Part shown: piece by piece, positions 28,635 through 39,144 of the stretch
How the letters are laid out: each line of letters begins with the position of its first letter
How positions within the stretch are numbered: position 1 is the stretch's first letter
Virus record (IMG/VR): IMGVR_UViG_2770939580_000003
Span: 41,062 to 105,061 of that record
Length of the DNA: 64,000 nt
Direction: 5' to 3' (one strand)
DNA from: a virus
Lineage: Duplodnaviria > Heunggongvirae > Uroviricota > Caudoviricetes
Program-made: the position numbers and the translations under genes
The notes under the pieces: model-generated
Seen by the model: only the letters and a program-made list of their open reading frames with translations
What the model was told of the DNA's origin: nothing
The model's database searches: none

Positions 28635-29797
28635 TAATTTTCATCTCCGTTTTCGTGTAGTTTTCCATTTGTGAGATATTTGTTCCTGTATCTTGCTTGA
28701 AACTTATTCCAAATCTCTTCTAATGTTCCTCTGTAAAGTATATTTTCTTTTGTTTCATATCCGCTTCCCCATCTGGATGGTACTCTTGTCTTAGTTGCAA
28801 TAACATAGTTCTCGCTTTCGCGATTCTCTCTTTTCACTTCTGCCATACCGTCTTTATGGTTCTCGATGTAAACAGATGTGCCGTAAAACCAAGCACCTTC
28901 TTTCTCTTTTACCTTATCGATGAATCTGTTTTTATCATAAATAATATATTCATCTTTACTTTCATCGTAAGGAGAGTAATGACTACTTTTTTCTAACAAA
29001 TCGAACATTTCTGCGTAATCATCAGTGCACTCTTCTGTGATAACTTCAATGATTCGATCTCCTAGAGATTTTATATTCAATAGATATAAATCTTCTTTTT
29101 TGCGATAGTTGATTGTCTTTTTCGCAAAGATGTATTGTTTACCCTTGTTGACGTTCACGGTATAGCTACTCTGGCGAACATCTTCGGGGCTGACCCATTT
29201 TGTGTCCCAATATTCAAACCTACCCATATATACAAACTCTCGATTATCCTTGGTTCGATAAGTTGCTCCAATAATTAATTCTTTAGATTTTATATAACTT
29301 TTCTCATGTAGGATATTATTATACTTAGATATTTCTTTATAGTCTGGAGATTCTACGGGTAAAAGTACAAGGTCTTTACCATCCCATCCGTAAATGAATT
29401 CACCCTCAAGTCCCTTACCTTTAATTGAGTTGGCATTTTCTAGTATGTATAACAAGTTCTCAATTGTAATTTCAAACTCAAAACCTCTTGGATCATATAC
29501 ACGCACATACGCTTGACGATGGTTCCAGTCAGATACATAATCTCCAACTTTCTTATTCAACACAAATCCAGATGTTGGGATATTCTCGTGGTCAACAGGG
29601 TCAATTTTCTTATCTCGCCAATTCTCCCATGAAGTCTCTTTGCGAACCTTTCCTTTTACATCATAATAAGTAACGTAAGCCAACGTTTTGGTATATGTAT
29701 TTTCTCTATTCTGAAATCCTACTTTAATTTTCTGTGGTACGAATATGTTCGTTTTTATTGTTAGAACCTCCCCAATTTCCTCATTTACCCTGTTCAA
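28634..29797 (-). CDS. hypothetical protein (387 aa, beta-rich)
   Basis: ORF track. Confidence 0.55.
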   Translation of the reverse strand: MNRVNEEIGEVLTIKTNIFVPQKIKVGFQNRENTYTKTLAYVTYYDVKGKVRKETSWENWRDKKIDPVDHENIPTSGFVLNKKVGDYVSDWNHRQAYVRVYDPRGFEFEITIENLLYILENANSIKGKGLEGEFIYGWDGKDLVLLPVESPDYKEISKYNNILHEKSYIKSKELIIGATYRTKDNREFVYMGRFEYWDTKWVSPEDVRQSSYTVNVNKGKQYIFAKKTINYRKKEDLYLLNIKSLGDRIIEVITEECTDDYAEMFDLLEKSSHYSPYDESKDEYIIYDKNRFIDKVKEKEGAWFYGTSVYIENHKDGMAEVKRENRESENYVIATKTRVPSRWGSGYETKENILYRGTLEEIWNKFQARYRNKYLTNGKLHENGDEN

Positions 29798-30167
29798 TAA
29801 CTCTAATTATTTCAAAATATTTCTCGTTATCTCCCTTGTGATACTGCCCCTTACTAATCCAATCGCTACTAAACTTACCGTACTTTTTCTCATTGTAGAG
29901 CCACTTCATTTCAGTAATCGCTTCTTTAAAATTACTCAAACCTGCAAACAAAATGAGGACTGGAAACAATAATGTGGTCATTATAATTGCTTTTTTACTT
30001 GAAAACTGGTGCAACATTACTCTGTGCTCGTTATAAAAGTACTCATATGTTGTATTCCACTTTCTCTTCCTGTTGGGGAAAAGATGATTATGCTGTTTCT
30101 TAGTGATCTCGAATTTTTTATAGCCGCGCTCTTGAGGATCATCATATGTATATTCTTTTTTACTCAA
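29781..30167 (-). CDS. hypothetical membrane protein
   Basis: central TM helix. Confidence 0.5.
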   Translation of the reverse strand: MSKKEYTYDDPQERGYKKFEITKKQHNHLFPNRKRKWNTTYEYFYNEHRVMLHQFSSKKAIIMTTLLFPVLILFAGLSNFKEAITEMKWLYNEKKYGKFSSDWISKGQYHKGDNEKYFEIIRVIEQGK

Positions 30168-30416
30168 GTATTTATAAGCCTCCTTTCCTATGAAATACGC
30201 CTTTCATTGAGAATTCATAATTCGATTGAGATCGAAAAAACCCCCGACTAGAAAGAAAATAACATAATACCCTGCAACAGTAATTGTAATTCCAAATAGC
30301 TCATCCAAACCGCTTATGCAAATTTCATCAAATCCGACCAGCGATAAGACCCATGCCAATATTAGAGCACTAACACACTTCAGATAATTATCCTCCTTTT
30401 AATTGATAATCTATAT

Positions 30417-30863
30417 TTACCGACAGATATTAAGATATTTATTGATAAACTCAATCAGCATGTCCACATCTTGTTCTGTTGTTTGTTCATTAATTATAAA
30501 TTTATCAACGTTAATATATTTACTGTAATCTCCACCACCATGATATTCATCAGCAACAAGAATCTTCAACTGCAAGTTGTCTGTAATCTGTAGTAGATGG
30601 ATGTCACTGCCTTCTGAGATTGGGAAATCAATTTCATATTTATCAATTTTATTTTCATTAATGTATTCATTTATGGAATACAAAACATCATCACATTGAT
30701 CCTCATTAAAGTAAGAATTATATCCGGGCATTTTATTTCTAAAGTAGGCACTAAGTCTATTGTTTAACTCAGTTCGATTTCGCTCAACTACCCCATCCAT
30801 TGATGCAACTAAACCTACTTTTTCAGCCTCTCTCACATAGTACCAGTCAGCATATTTTGTCAT
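30417..30863 (-). CDS. hypothetical protein
   Basis: ORF track. Confidence 0.5.
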   Translation of the reverse strand: MTKYADWYYVREAEKVGLVASMDGVVERNRTELNNRLSAYFRNKMPGYNSYFNEDQCDDVLYSINEYINENKIDKYEIDFPISEGSDIHLLQITDNLQLKILVADEYHGGGDYSKYINVDKFIINEQTTEQDVDMLIEFINKYLNICR

Positions 30864-30898
30864 TTATTAATTCCCTTCATTATAAAATCTCACATTTA

Positions 30899-31261
30899 TC
30901 AACTTTCTTTGTTAACTTCAACGCTGATAGATAGTTGGCTTGCGACAATATCAGTCAAGTTGTCAGTCAAAACTTTAGACACTCGCTGTTTAAAAGCATC
31001 TCTTGACCAGTGGTCACTTCTAAATGAACCGTAGAGTTCTTGCTTAACAACATCTTCAATCGTTCGTTCAATATGAGCAACCTTGTTAATCTTGCTGATC
31101 TCTATTTGGACGGTTTCTTTTATGATTTGGAGAATATCATCTTTAGTGATTCCTAATTCATTATGTATGTAGTTCTTTACAGCATTGTATTCTGCTCTAA
31201 ATTCTTTAGGTGGTTTGCTAGGAACAGTCTGATTTTTTCTATCTACCGGGTTTTCATTCAT
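30899..31261 (-). CDS. hypothetical protein
   Basis: ORF track. Confidence 0.5.
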   Translation of the reverse strand: MNENPVDRKNQTVPSKPPKEFRAEYNAVKNYIHNELGITKDDILQIIKETVQIEISKINKVAHIERTIEDVVKQELYGSFRSDHWSRDAFKQRVSKVLTDNLTDIVASQLSISVEVNKES

Positions 31262-31544
31262 TCTTTAATTCTCCTTTTCTCCGTCAAATATATCTTTCAT
31301 AAGCTCTATAAGTGTTCAGTTAATTTTCTTCTGACTCTTCAAGCTCATCAATCTGTATGTTCAATTGATCAATCTCAATGTCCAATTCAGCTACAGTCGC
31401 AGCCATTAGTGCAATTTGTTGTGTTAGCCTATCCCTTTTTTCAACTTTACTGCCCAGTTCTTCAATGAGATCGTCGTATTCTTTCATATTGGACACTCCT
31501 TCTCAAATTGCTTGAGTAAATTGGGGAGATAAACTCCCCTCTTA

Positions 31545-32429
31545 TTATTTTACCCCTTCTGTCTTGGTTGTTGGCAGTTGAATCATTGGAGTATTTGAAC
31601 CACTTACATATGGAAGTGCTCCATCCCATTTCTTAATTGTCTCGTATTGAACGAGTTGATTAGAGAGTGATTGCTGAAGCTCATTATTTGCTTTAGCTTG
31701 ACCCTCCGCCTCGATTAAGAGTTTGTCTGCATTACCTTGTGCTTCTACTCGTTTGCGGTCTGCTTCTTTCTTGGCAATCTCTAGCTCAGTAGTCTTACGC
31801 TCTAGTTCCTGAGAAGCTTCGACTCGCTTATCAATTGCTTCCTGAGTCTTAGCATCTGGTTGAGGAACACCTACGGTTACGTTTGATACGATAAAGCCCA
31901 GTTCTTTAACGTCATCAGCGAAACGTTGTTGAACATCTACTCCTGCTTCAGATGACTTCTCACCATAAACATCAATTACAGTAAACTTAGAAATACCTTT
32001 ACGAGCTGCGTCACGGAAACGTGTTTTCAGATATGTATCCTCAATTTCTTGAATACCAATTGGCCCAAATGTATTAAAAATAGATGATACCTTGCTTGGC
32101 TCTACTTGATAGTTATAGGCAAAATCGATTGTGATGTTTTTACCGTCAGACGTAGCAATTTGAATATCTTTGTATTCAACGGTTTGAATTCGAATAGGAT
32201 ACTTTGTTACTTTGTCAAAAGCTCCAACCAATTTCCATCCTTGGCTGAGAGTACTATCCTTTACTCCTCCATTTGGTGAATATACGACACCAACATATCC
32301 ATTGGGAATTCTTGTTACAAAGAAACTCAATAGCGCTACTCCCAGAATAATTACCAATCCAACTGCAATTGCCCCTACTTTAAATGTCTTTAGTTTCTTC
32401 ATTTGCATTCTCCTCTTGTTTAAATTCAT
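31545..32429 (-). CDS. SPFH/band-7 (prohibitin/stomatin/HflC-like) membrane protein
   Basis: N-terminal TM, band-7 core, Ala/Glu-rich coiled-coil C-terminus. Confidence 0.75.
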   Translation of the reverse strand: MNLNKRRMQMKKLKTFKVGAIAVGLVIILGVALLSFFVTRIPNGYVGVVYSPNGGVKDSTLSQGWKLVGAFDKVTKYPIRIQTVEYKDIQIATSDGKNITIDFAYNYQVEPSKVSSIFNTFGPIGIQEIEDTYLKTRFRDAARKGISKFTVIDVYGEKSSEAGVDVQQRFADDVKELGFIVSNVTVGVPQPDAKTQEAIDKRVEASQELERKTTELEIAKKEADRKRVEAQGNADKLLIEAEGQAKANNELQQSLSNQLVQYETIKKWDGALPYVSGSNTPMIQLPTTKTEGVK

Positions 32430-32538
32430 TGTATTTGTTAATGATTCTGCTTCCTACTTTATTGAACACAGGGAACATGAGCGTCCACAAGCCAAAGCCT
32501 AGGATGAAGATTAAAATGAGTCCTCCAATGAACGGCAT
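32380..32538 (-). CDS. small (52 aa) membrane protein ORF overlapping start of SPFH gene; NfeD-like partner candidate
   Basis: manual translation MPFIGGLILIFILGFGLWTLMFPVF...; RBS GAGGAGGA 6 nt upstream. Confidence 0.4.
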   Translation of the reverse strand: MPFIGGLILIFILGFGLWTLMFPVFNKVGSRIINKYNEFKQEENANEETKDI

Positions 32539-32550
32539 TCTTTTCCTCCT

Positions 32551-32736
32551 CTATGGATGAATCCAAGCACAAATCTCATCTGCACGAAGTAGTTCACAAA
32601 GTTGATTTAGATTACACTTTCGTTTAACTGCATCCCACATAAGACCCTTATATCCAAACTCTTTCTCGCAAAATTCTACAGCTTCATCTACTTCCGTAAA
32701 CGATTCTTCTCCGTTCTCCAAATCAATAATCAACAT
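32551..32736 (-). CDS. hypothetical protein
   Basis: ORF track. Confidence 0.45.
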   Translation of the reverse strand: MLIIDLENGEESFTEVDEAVEFCEKEFGYKGLMWDAVKRKCNLNQLCELLRADEICAWIHP

Positions 32737-32925
32737 ATTTTCAAATCTCCCCAGTGTATAATTTGTTAATCTCCAACTGATCGTGAATAATATCTAATGC
32801 TTCCTGTAGGCCAAGAATTTCGCCTTCGTATGCTACGGGATCTGACTCTTTATAATAGTTAAGCGTAATCTCAATCTCTTCTTTGATCTTCTCAATCAAT
32901 GCATCCATATATGTATGCCTCCTTT

Positions 32926-33123
32926 CTAGAAACGAACAGTTGGATAAGGATCGTATATATCTTTCTTTCTGCTTTGATACAAGTTCCAGTTAATAAACTC
33001 TTCAGACAGTTTACGGCTCTTCATCTCTTCCAGATTGGCAATCTCAATATTGATTTGTCGCTGCTTTGTTCGTAGAACTTCAAGTTTCTTCGTAATATCG
33101 AGGTAGCTCAACTCAGGATACAT
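32926..33123 (-). CDS. hypothetical protein
   Basis: ORF track. Confidence 0.4.
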   Translation of the reverse strand: MYPELSYLDITKKLEVLRTKQRQINIEIANLEEMKSRKLSEEFINWNLYQSRKKDIYDPYPTVRF

Positions 33124-33273
33124 TTACTTACCTCCTTCATTTAATCTCTTCAAGATACTTTTCATTGCTTCTCCAAAAATTAACGCAGACTCTTTTGTGG
33201 ATTTCATTGCTTTATTCATCTGTAAGACCAATTCGTTCATCTCTCAATCTCCCTTCTCTGTGAAACCACTATT

Positions 33274-34050
33274 TTATAAACTTTCAATTCGCTTATTAGC
33301 TATTTCTATGTATTTTTCTTCTGTTTCAAATCCAATAAATGCTCTATTATTCTTTAAAGCTGCCACTGCAGTCGTTCCGCTTCCCATGCAATTATCTAGA
33401 ACAACTTCGCCCTCATTTGAATAGGTTTTAATCAAGTATTCAAACAGTGCTACAGGTTTTTGTGTGGGATGCAAAGCTTCTTTTTGCTTATCGGTAGCAA
33501 ACACCTGAACGCTCCTTGGATATCTTTCAGTGCTACCACCGCCACTAATGCCAATTTTAGTCTTGCCGTAATTACTTCCGTCCTCTTGATGCTTAGTGTA
33601 GGAGTGTACCGGAGTATGTCCTGTTGTTTTCTGAGGATTGTATGTAGGAAGATTCTTGTAGAACACTAGTACATTTTCATGGGCCTTCATAGGCATTTTC
33701 TTGGCATTTAAATGTCCAGTAGCAGTTGTTTTCTCCCAAATCCATTCATACTTGAGCATCTTTAAATTGCTGCAGCCAAGGATCTTATCAAATGGTGTTT
33801 GTGCGGTCAGTACAATAGCTCCGTTGTCTTTTATGATTCTGCAGTATTGTTCCCATAAGAGTTCCAAATTGATAATGGAGTCCCATTTGTTCTGTGTAGT
33901 ACCGTAAGGCAAATCACAAAGGATCATGTCAATTGACTTTTCAGGTAAGAGAGCCATACCTTCAAGACAATCCATTTGGTAAATTCTATTAAGCTCAATA
34001 CTACCTAATAGTTCTTTGTTCAAATAATCATCCTTCCTTTTTTTCATCAA
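33274..34050 (-). CDS. DNA methyltransferase (N4/N6 amino-methyltransferase, beta class), orphan
   Basis: motif IV-like CDLPYG then motif I DNCMGSGTTAVAA; no nuclease partner nearby. Confidence 0.65.
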   Translation of the reverse strand: MMKKRKDDYLNKELLGSIELNRIYQMDCLEGMALLPEKSIDMILCDLPYGTTQNKWDSIINLELLWEQYCRIIKDNGAIVLTAQTPFDKILGCSNLKMLKYEWIWEKTTATGHLNAKKMPMKAHENVLVFYKNLPTYNPQKTTGHTPVHSYTKHQEDGSNYGKTKIGISGGGSTERYPRSVQVFATDKQKEALHPTQKPVALFEYLIKTYSNEGEVVLDNCMGSGTTAVAALKNNRAFIGFETEEKYIEIANKRIESL

Positions 34051-34333
34051 ACTTGTATTTTATTTAAACTCAGCACTACCAGTTTTATCCTATATCAAAT
34101 ATCACAGTACCTTGGCATGTATTACTTGATAAGGTCTTCTCCCTATGAATAATGATTGAAAATATTCCACACAATCCTTCATAGAATTACCTTTATATCT
34201 GTAAGTACAGTTCGTTGTTAAATCCTCAATTTCAACTTCCACTTTTACAGGTTTACTGACAATCATGTTCTGACCCCTTTCTTTATGAAACAGTTCTTTT
34301 ACCTAGATATCTGGATTAAGAAAGCCTTATATA

Positions 34334-34519
34334 TCAAGGATTTTTAATTGTCCTGATCCGTCTTTCCATTAATCTATCCTTCAGATCATAAAATTTGTTC
34401 ATCCTGTCATATTCTTTATGTCGCTCTATATATCTGACTACAAATTCCGGTCTTTCATATGCTACTGGCCTACTAAATACGACTCTGCCAAAAATAAATT
34501 CTTGTGCTTCATTGTCCAT
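34334..34519 (-). CDS. hypothetical protein
   Basis: ORF track. Confidence 0.4.
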   Translation of the reverse strand: MDNEAQEFIFGRVVFSRPVAYERPEFVVRYIERHKEYDRMNKFYDLKDRLMERRIRTIKNP

Positions 34520-34538
34520 ATGATCACCTATCTATGTA

Positions 34539-34793
34539 TTAAAAAGTTGTACATCCTTTGCGATATCTCTTGCCTTTATATTTGAATCGAGCGATGAATG
34601 TACGAACTAGAATCAACCCTTCATTTACTCGCTCAATCACAATTACACCTTTTTCAGTCATCCATCTTAATTTGCCTTGTACATTTGGAATGGAGGATAT
34701 CATCTTAATGAGATATCCCACTCCAACATTGCTTTGTTCACATCTTACTCTTGCGTGTTCCGAAACCTTGATTCTTACCTTTTGGTTGCTCAT
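34539..34793 (-). CDS. hypothetical protein
   Basis: ORF track. Confidence 0.45.
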   Translation of the reverse strand: MSNQKVRIKVSEHARVRCEQSNVGVGYLIKMISSIPNVQGKLRWMTEKGVIVIERVNEGLILVRTFIARFKYKGKRYRKGCTTF

Positions 34794-34798
34794 ATGTA

Positions 34799-35017
34799 TT
34801 ACCGTTTATTAGACTTGCGTTGAGTACGTTGCTTCTTAAACTTTGTCAACACAGATCCTTCCTTCCGACCATTTTCTGCTGGCTTAACATATTGGAACGT
34901 GAAGCCTTTTTTAGCTGCTTGTTGTTTGGCTGCATTAACAGCACCAAGGTAGTCTGTAGGAAGGTTGTCGATTACCACGTTTTGATTGTTGTTAGTTGCG
35001 ATTCCGTAAAATTTCAT
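34799..35017 (-). CDS. hypothetical protein with basic tail
   Basis: ORF track. Confidence 0.45.
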   Translation of the reverse strand: MKFYGIATNNNQNVVIDNLPTDYLGAVNAAKQQAAKKGFTFQYVKPAENGRKEGSVLTKFKKQRTQRKSNKR

Positions 35018-35049
35018 ATGTATATTTCTCCATTCGTGTATGTATTATT

Positions 35050-36573
35050 TTATTGTTTAATTAATTCTCTGTAATCTTCAATGAACAATTGGCATGTCTT
35101 AATCACTTTCTTCTTTGGTCGATACTGAGTCCAAACGTTCATATTAAGTGAACCTACAGCTTCAACCTCGGTAAATACTGGTACTTGGTCATAATACTCT
35201 TCATCTGTTTTAAACTTCATCAACTGTAAACCTCCACAATCAATCTTTACTGTGTTATTGGTCTTACCCATCAGTTTCTTGTCTGAGATGAACAAGTCTT
35301 TAATTAAGAATGTTCCGGGCTTGAAGTTGTTGCCTGAGTATCTAAAAAACTCTGTGAGATAGTTGATTAGATTTTCATTAACACTGTCAGCACTAAACTC
35401 TAAGTCGTAATATAAGGTGTTATCAGGTACAAAATCTTTCAAATGATTATTCAACTCATCTTTTAGTTTTTGCAGATTCTCTTTCTTTAGACTTAATCCT
35501 CCAGCACCGGGATGACCTCCAGTATGTTCAGTACTATTACACTGATCCAGTAAATCTAACATTGAAAAATCATCTAAGCCACGGAAGCTTCCAGCGTATG
35601 TATACTCATCTTCACCATCACCTATTACAATTGCGGGTCTGCTAAATTTCTTTAATAGTTCTTGCGCTACTAGTCCGTTCAATCCCTTACCGATGGTTGT
35701 ATCGTAGATGATAGCCACTTTATCTTCATCTTTAATGCTGTCTTTATGCCTCTCTAATGCTTCAGCTTGAACTACTTTACGATGTTCGTTTAGTTTGATT
35801 AACTCTTTAACATATCCTTTTGTTTCTGGTGTAGCTTTGTCACACATCAGAAAGTCAATTGCCAACTTAATATTGTCTGCCCTCGTTGCTGCTGTGACTG
35901 CTGGACTTGCACCATACAGAAAGTCTGTTGATGTGAGATTCTTTAAGTCTGAGTTCATTGCTTCGAACAATAATTTCAAGCCTTCATGTCGCAACCCTTT
36001 CAGTGACACTTTTGCAAAATATCTATTTTCCATTTCCATCATCGACATCATGTCTGCCATCAAAGTGAATCCCGGTAAGTCGCTCAATTCAAGCGCATGT
36101 CGTGTATCCATATAGTCGTCTAATACTTGACACACTTTATAAACCAACAGTCCACCTGAAGCATTTTTATTCGGGTATTTGCAATCCTCTTGTTGTGGAT
36201 TCACTAGAATACAGTGTGGATTTTCGATATCAATTGAGTGATGATCGATAACCAGACAATCAATACCTTTATCAACCAGAAACTTAAGGGGTTCTATATC
36301 ATTACTGCTACTGTCTACTGCTATGTATAAATCTGTATCATCTTCAATCTGTTCAATGACGAACTTGGAACCGTGTCCTTGGCTGCGTTCAACATATTTG
36401 ATCTGAACATTATCAGTGAACCTCAACAAAATTTTATATAGTATTACTGCTGAAGAAATCCCGTCAAAATCGACGTCAGCAAAAATTACAATCTTCTCAC
36501 CGTTCTTAATCGCTCTCACAATCCGTTCAACCAATTTATCTATATTCTTTAGTAGATACGGACTGTGTACCAC
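35050..36573 (-). CDS. RecJ-like DHH family single-strand DNA exonuclease
   Basis: DHH motifs IFADVDFDG, VIDHHS, GGH..AGG (DHHA1). Confidence 0.75.
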   Translation of the reverse strand: MVHSPYLLKNIDKLVERIVRAIKNGEKIVIFADVDFDGISSAVILYKILLRFTDNVQIKYVERSQGHGSKFVIEQIEDDTDLYIAVDSSSNDIEPLKFLVDKGIDCLVIDHHSIDIENPHCILVNPQQEDCKYPNKNASGGLLVYKVCQVLDDYMDTRHALELSDLPGFTLMADMMSMMEMENRYFAKVSLKGLRHEGLKLLFEAMNSDLKNLTSTDFLYGASPAVTAATRADNIKLAIDFLMCDKATPETKGYVKELIKLNEHRKVVQAEALERHKDSIKDEDKVAIIYDTTIGKGLNGLVAQELLKKFSRPAIVIGDGEDEYTYAGSFRGLDDFSMLDLLDQCNSTEHTGGHPGAGGLSLKKENLQKLKDELNNHLKDFVPDNTLYYDLEFSADSVNENLINYLTEFFRYSGNNFKPGTFLIKDLFISDKKLMGKTNNTVKIDCGGLQLMKFKTDEEYYDQVPVFTEVEAVGSLNMNVWTQYRPKKKVIKTCQLFIEDYRELIKQ

Positions 36574-36921
36574 ATTAGAGAGTGGATTAAGAAACTCATC
36601 AATATTTTCAATTCCGTTTATCTTGGCTAACTTTGAATATGTATTATCGTATGGTTCAAACGGAATTTTAGGTTGCTTTTGTTTCCATGCTATGGCAAAA
36701 TCACTCCTTTGTCCGAATTTATTGAATAACTATTTTGAATTTTTCAGGCAATGTAATATTCTCACTATTATTCATCCAACTACTCGTCAACCACTTGTCT
36801 ACCAATCCTGTCTGTTTGTTGATGATTTTGATATTTACTTTTCTCAAATCAATCACTCTCCGTTTCAGGTTAATTGGATAGCATGTCGATCTAGCTTATT
36901 TGTTCTTGTGAAAGAGCAGTT

Positions 36922-37182
36922 TCATTTAAACCTTTTATTGATGTACTTGAAAGCAATCATCCACAATAGAAATGTGGTTGCACCATACATTGCCGACAAT
37001 TCAAAGACATGTGATGAATATGACTCAAGTACAGGTTTAGCGAGATTGTTCATCGTAACCAATCCAGCAAATAGAGCAAAACTAGCAATTATATTTTTCA
37101 AGTGAATTTCTCCTTTAGTAGAGTCTATAGTTTTCTGTTTCATGTCTGTATCCATACTTCTTAAATACATCTGATATAACAT
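36922..37182 (-). CDS. hypothetical membrane protein
   Basis: ORF track. Confidence 0.4.
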   Translation of the reverse strand: MLYQMYLRSMDTDMKQKTIDSTKGEIHLKNIIASFALFAGLVTMNNLAKPVLESYSSHVFELSAMYGATTFLLWMIAFKYINKRFK

Positions 37183-37966
37183 CTGCGGCTTGTAGCCTCA
37201 GTTCTAACAATTCAATCCCTGTCCCACACTCTATGTGGTTATCTTTTCTTTTCTTGAGTTCTTCTAGTTGCCACTCGTATTTCTTAATTTTCTTCTCGAT
37301 ACCTTCATTGACTTGTTTCATTCTGAAGGTATAGATTAATGTATCTTTCGCACAAAGGTACAATTTTCTTGAAATGCTCTTATTCTTCTGCATGTAGTAC
37401 TGAATCATCCATTTGTATGTAGCTTCTTTTGCTTTTTTCATATCTTCAAGTTTGCTATTTACTTCACTTGTCTCATTATTAAGTCGAGTCAACGTATTGT
37501 CATAGTCTTCTTGTAGCTGTTTAACAGTACGATAACTTCGTTGTCCATAAAACCTCTCATATGGATTAAAATGAACAAGTTGAGCATCGTCCATCATTAC
37601 GCAATACATTGAAGACGATGAGCTAGTTTTTACAGTTACATTCTTGTTGCTTAATTCTTGTTTGAAAAATGAATCCAGTAACTTACCTATGTATTCTGTA
37701 AGATCATGGGTGTCCATCTTTCTCTGCCCATCTTCGTAAACACTCATGATTTTGAAAAGTGAATCCTTTCTGCTGATAACTTCAGAAGCTTTCTCAAAAA
37801 ACAACTGAGGATTATTGGCTGCCTGTTCAAGTAATGTTCTTTGTCTTCGGAGTCTATCTTGTTCAATGTCTATTCGTTCGATGAAATCCAGATGCGTTCT
37901 AATCACTTTTTCACCACCTTTTCGGTTACCACTTAACACTTGGCAATCTATGTAGTTTTCTAACAT
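37115..37966 (-). CDS. hypothetical protein
   Basis: ORF track. Confidence 0.5.
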   Translation of the reverse strand: MLENYIDCQVLSGNRKGGEKVIRTHLDFIERIDIEQDRLRRQRTLLEQAANNPQLFFEKASEVISRKDSLFKIMSVYEDGQRKMDTHDLTEYIGKLLDSFFKQELSNKNVTVKTSSSSSMYCVMMDDAQLVHFNPYERFYGQRSYRTVKQLQEDYDNTLTRLNNETSEVNSKLEDMKKAKEATYKWMIQYYMQKNKSISRKLYLCAKDTLIYTFRMKQVNEGIEKKIKKYEWQLEELKKRKDNHIECGTGIELLELRLQAADVISDVFKKYGYRHETENYRLY

Positions 37967-38252
37967 ATCTTTTTACTAACCAGTAACTAATTGGATCGCG
38001 AATCTTCATTCCTTTATTTTCAAATTTAATGATACCTACATGAAAATAACACTTATGTTCTTCATTCTCAAAGAACTTCGGATAATGTCTTAATGGAGTC
38101 CATTCATACTTATTCCAGTTCTCCTTGAATTGTTGATAGTTTGCCCATCCACAGCTTTCCGTGCTGCTCTTAGTCATCGAAATGTGAGTCAACCATGGAA
38201 TAAATGGAATCGCAATTAGTACATAAATGACCAAGAAGCTTGTAATAATCAT
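37926..38252 (-). CDS. hypothetical protein with N-terminal TM
   Basis: ORF track. Confidence 0.45.
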   Translation of the reverse strand: MIITSFLVIYVLIAIPFIPWLTHISMTKSSTESCGWANYQQFKENWNKYEWTPLRHYPKFFENEEHKCYFHVGIIKFENKGMKIRDPISYWLVKRYVRKLHRLPSVKW

Positions 38253-38288
38253 TTCAAATTCTCCTTTTCAATGAAAGTATATTTTTAC

Positions 38289-38516
38289 TTAGATTTCAAT
38301 TGCGCCAGCATTTGAAACATGAAGTGCTCTAACGTATGTGCCATCACTGTTTTCACGGGTATTCCTGTAAAGCTTGGCTACTTTAATCACTTCTTCTTTA
38401 TCCAAGTATATTCTACCTTGGAAAACATCATTGATAAGTTGTCCCTTGTTATTCAAGTATCCCTTATCTCGAACTCCTATGACATAAATCTCTTCTATGC
38501 TATTTGTGATATGCAT
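38289..38516 (-). CDS. hypothetical protein
   Basis: ORF track. Confidence 0.45.
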   Translation of the reverse strand: MHITNSIEEIYVIGVRDKGYLNNKGQLINDVFQGRIYLDKEEVIKVAKLYRNTRENSDGTYVRALHVSNAGAIEI

Positions 38517-38540
38517 CTATGTATTCTCCTTTTGGTTTAA

Positions 38541-38822
38541 TTAATTTAGTTCAGGCACAAGAGTATAAAATGTGTCGAAATTATCGATCCTGGCATAATC
38601 AATAAATCCATCCGGGAACATAAGTTTGTATCTTGGAATAGATCGTGATTTCATCGACCCATTAACAGTAACTACTCCTACAATGACTGGACTTCCTCCA
38701 TGTGTATGATGAGACTCTTTGAGTGACCAAAGCGCATTATTAACCTCATACCCATGTTTCTCAGCAATATCTTTTCCTAGTAACGGCTCTTTGGGGACTA
38801 CCCTGACAATGCCTTCATTCAT
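38541..38822 (-). CDS. hypothetical protein
   Basis: ORF track. Confidence 0.5.
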   Translation of the reverse strand: MNEGIVRVVPKEPLLGKDIAEKHGYEVNNALWSLKESHHTHGGSPVIVGVVTVNGSMKSRSIPRYKLMFPDGFIDYARIDNFDTFYTLVPELN

Positions 38823-38862
38823 TCGTCTTCCTCCTATTCATAATAAAAGTTTTCCAAAATGT

Positions 38863-39144
38863 TTACTCAGCCAATTCGAGTGAGAATTTAACTTGGTCTT
38901 GCGTTACCCAGCCAGTTGCATTCTGATTAACATTGTGACAAAAATACAGATCAACAGGGAGATAGTCATCGCTTGCAGGCTTTGTGTCTAATATCCATAA
39001 CATATCTTCTTCTTCCCAATTGTAGCAATCTAATTGGTCGTCTTTTACCCAGCAGATTCCGTCCAGAACAAGTTTGTTTTCTTCATTGTGTCGGATATTA
39101 GGTTTATAAAAACTTACGCCCTTTTCGCTAATTTCAGTCAACAT
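38863..39144 (-). CDS. hypothetical protein
   Basis: ORF track. Confidence 0.5.
   Translation of the reverse strand: MLTEISEKGVSFYKPNIRHNEENKLVLDGICWVKDDQLDCYNWEEEDMLWILDTKPASDDYLPVDLYFCHNVNQNATGWVTQDQVKFSLELAE

Noticed and set aside
28634-29797. Considered as AimR-like arbitrium receptor (about 380 aa)
   Set aside because: No N-terminal HTH and not helical/TPR-like; sequence is beta-rich. No adjacent short peptide gene. 60136..61227 was likewise rejected for the same reasons.
36416-37105. 229-aa plus-strand ORF
   Set aside because: Overlaps the 5' part of the RecJ-like gene and neighbouring minus-strand genes; hydrophobic low-complexity translation typical of antisense reading of AT-rich coding DNA.
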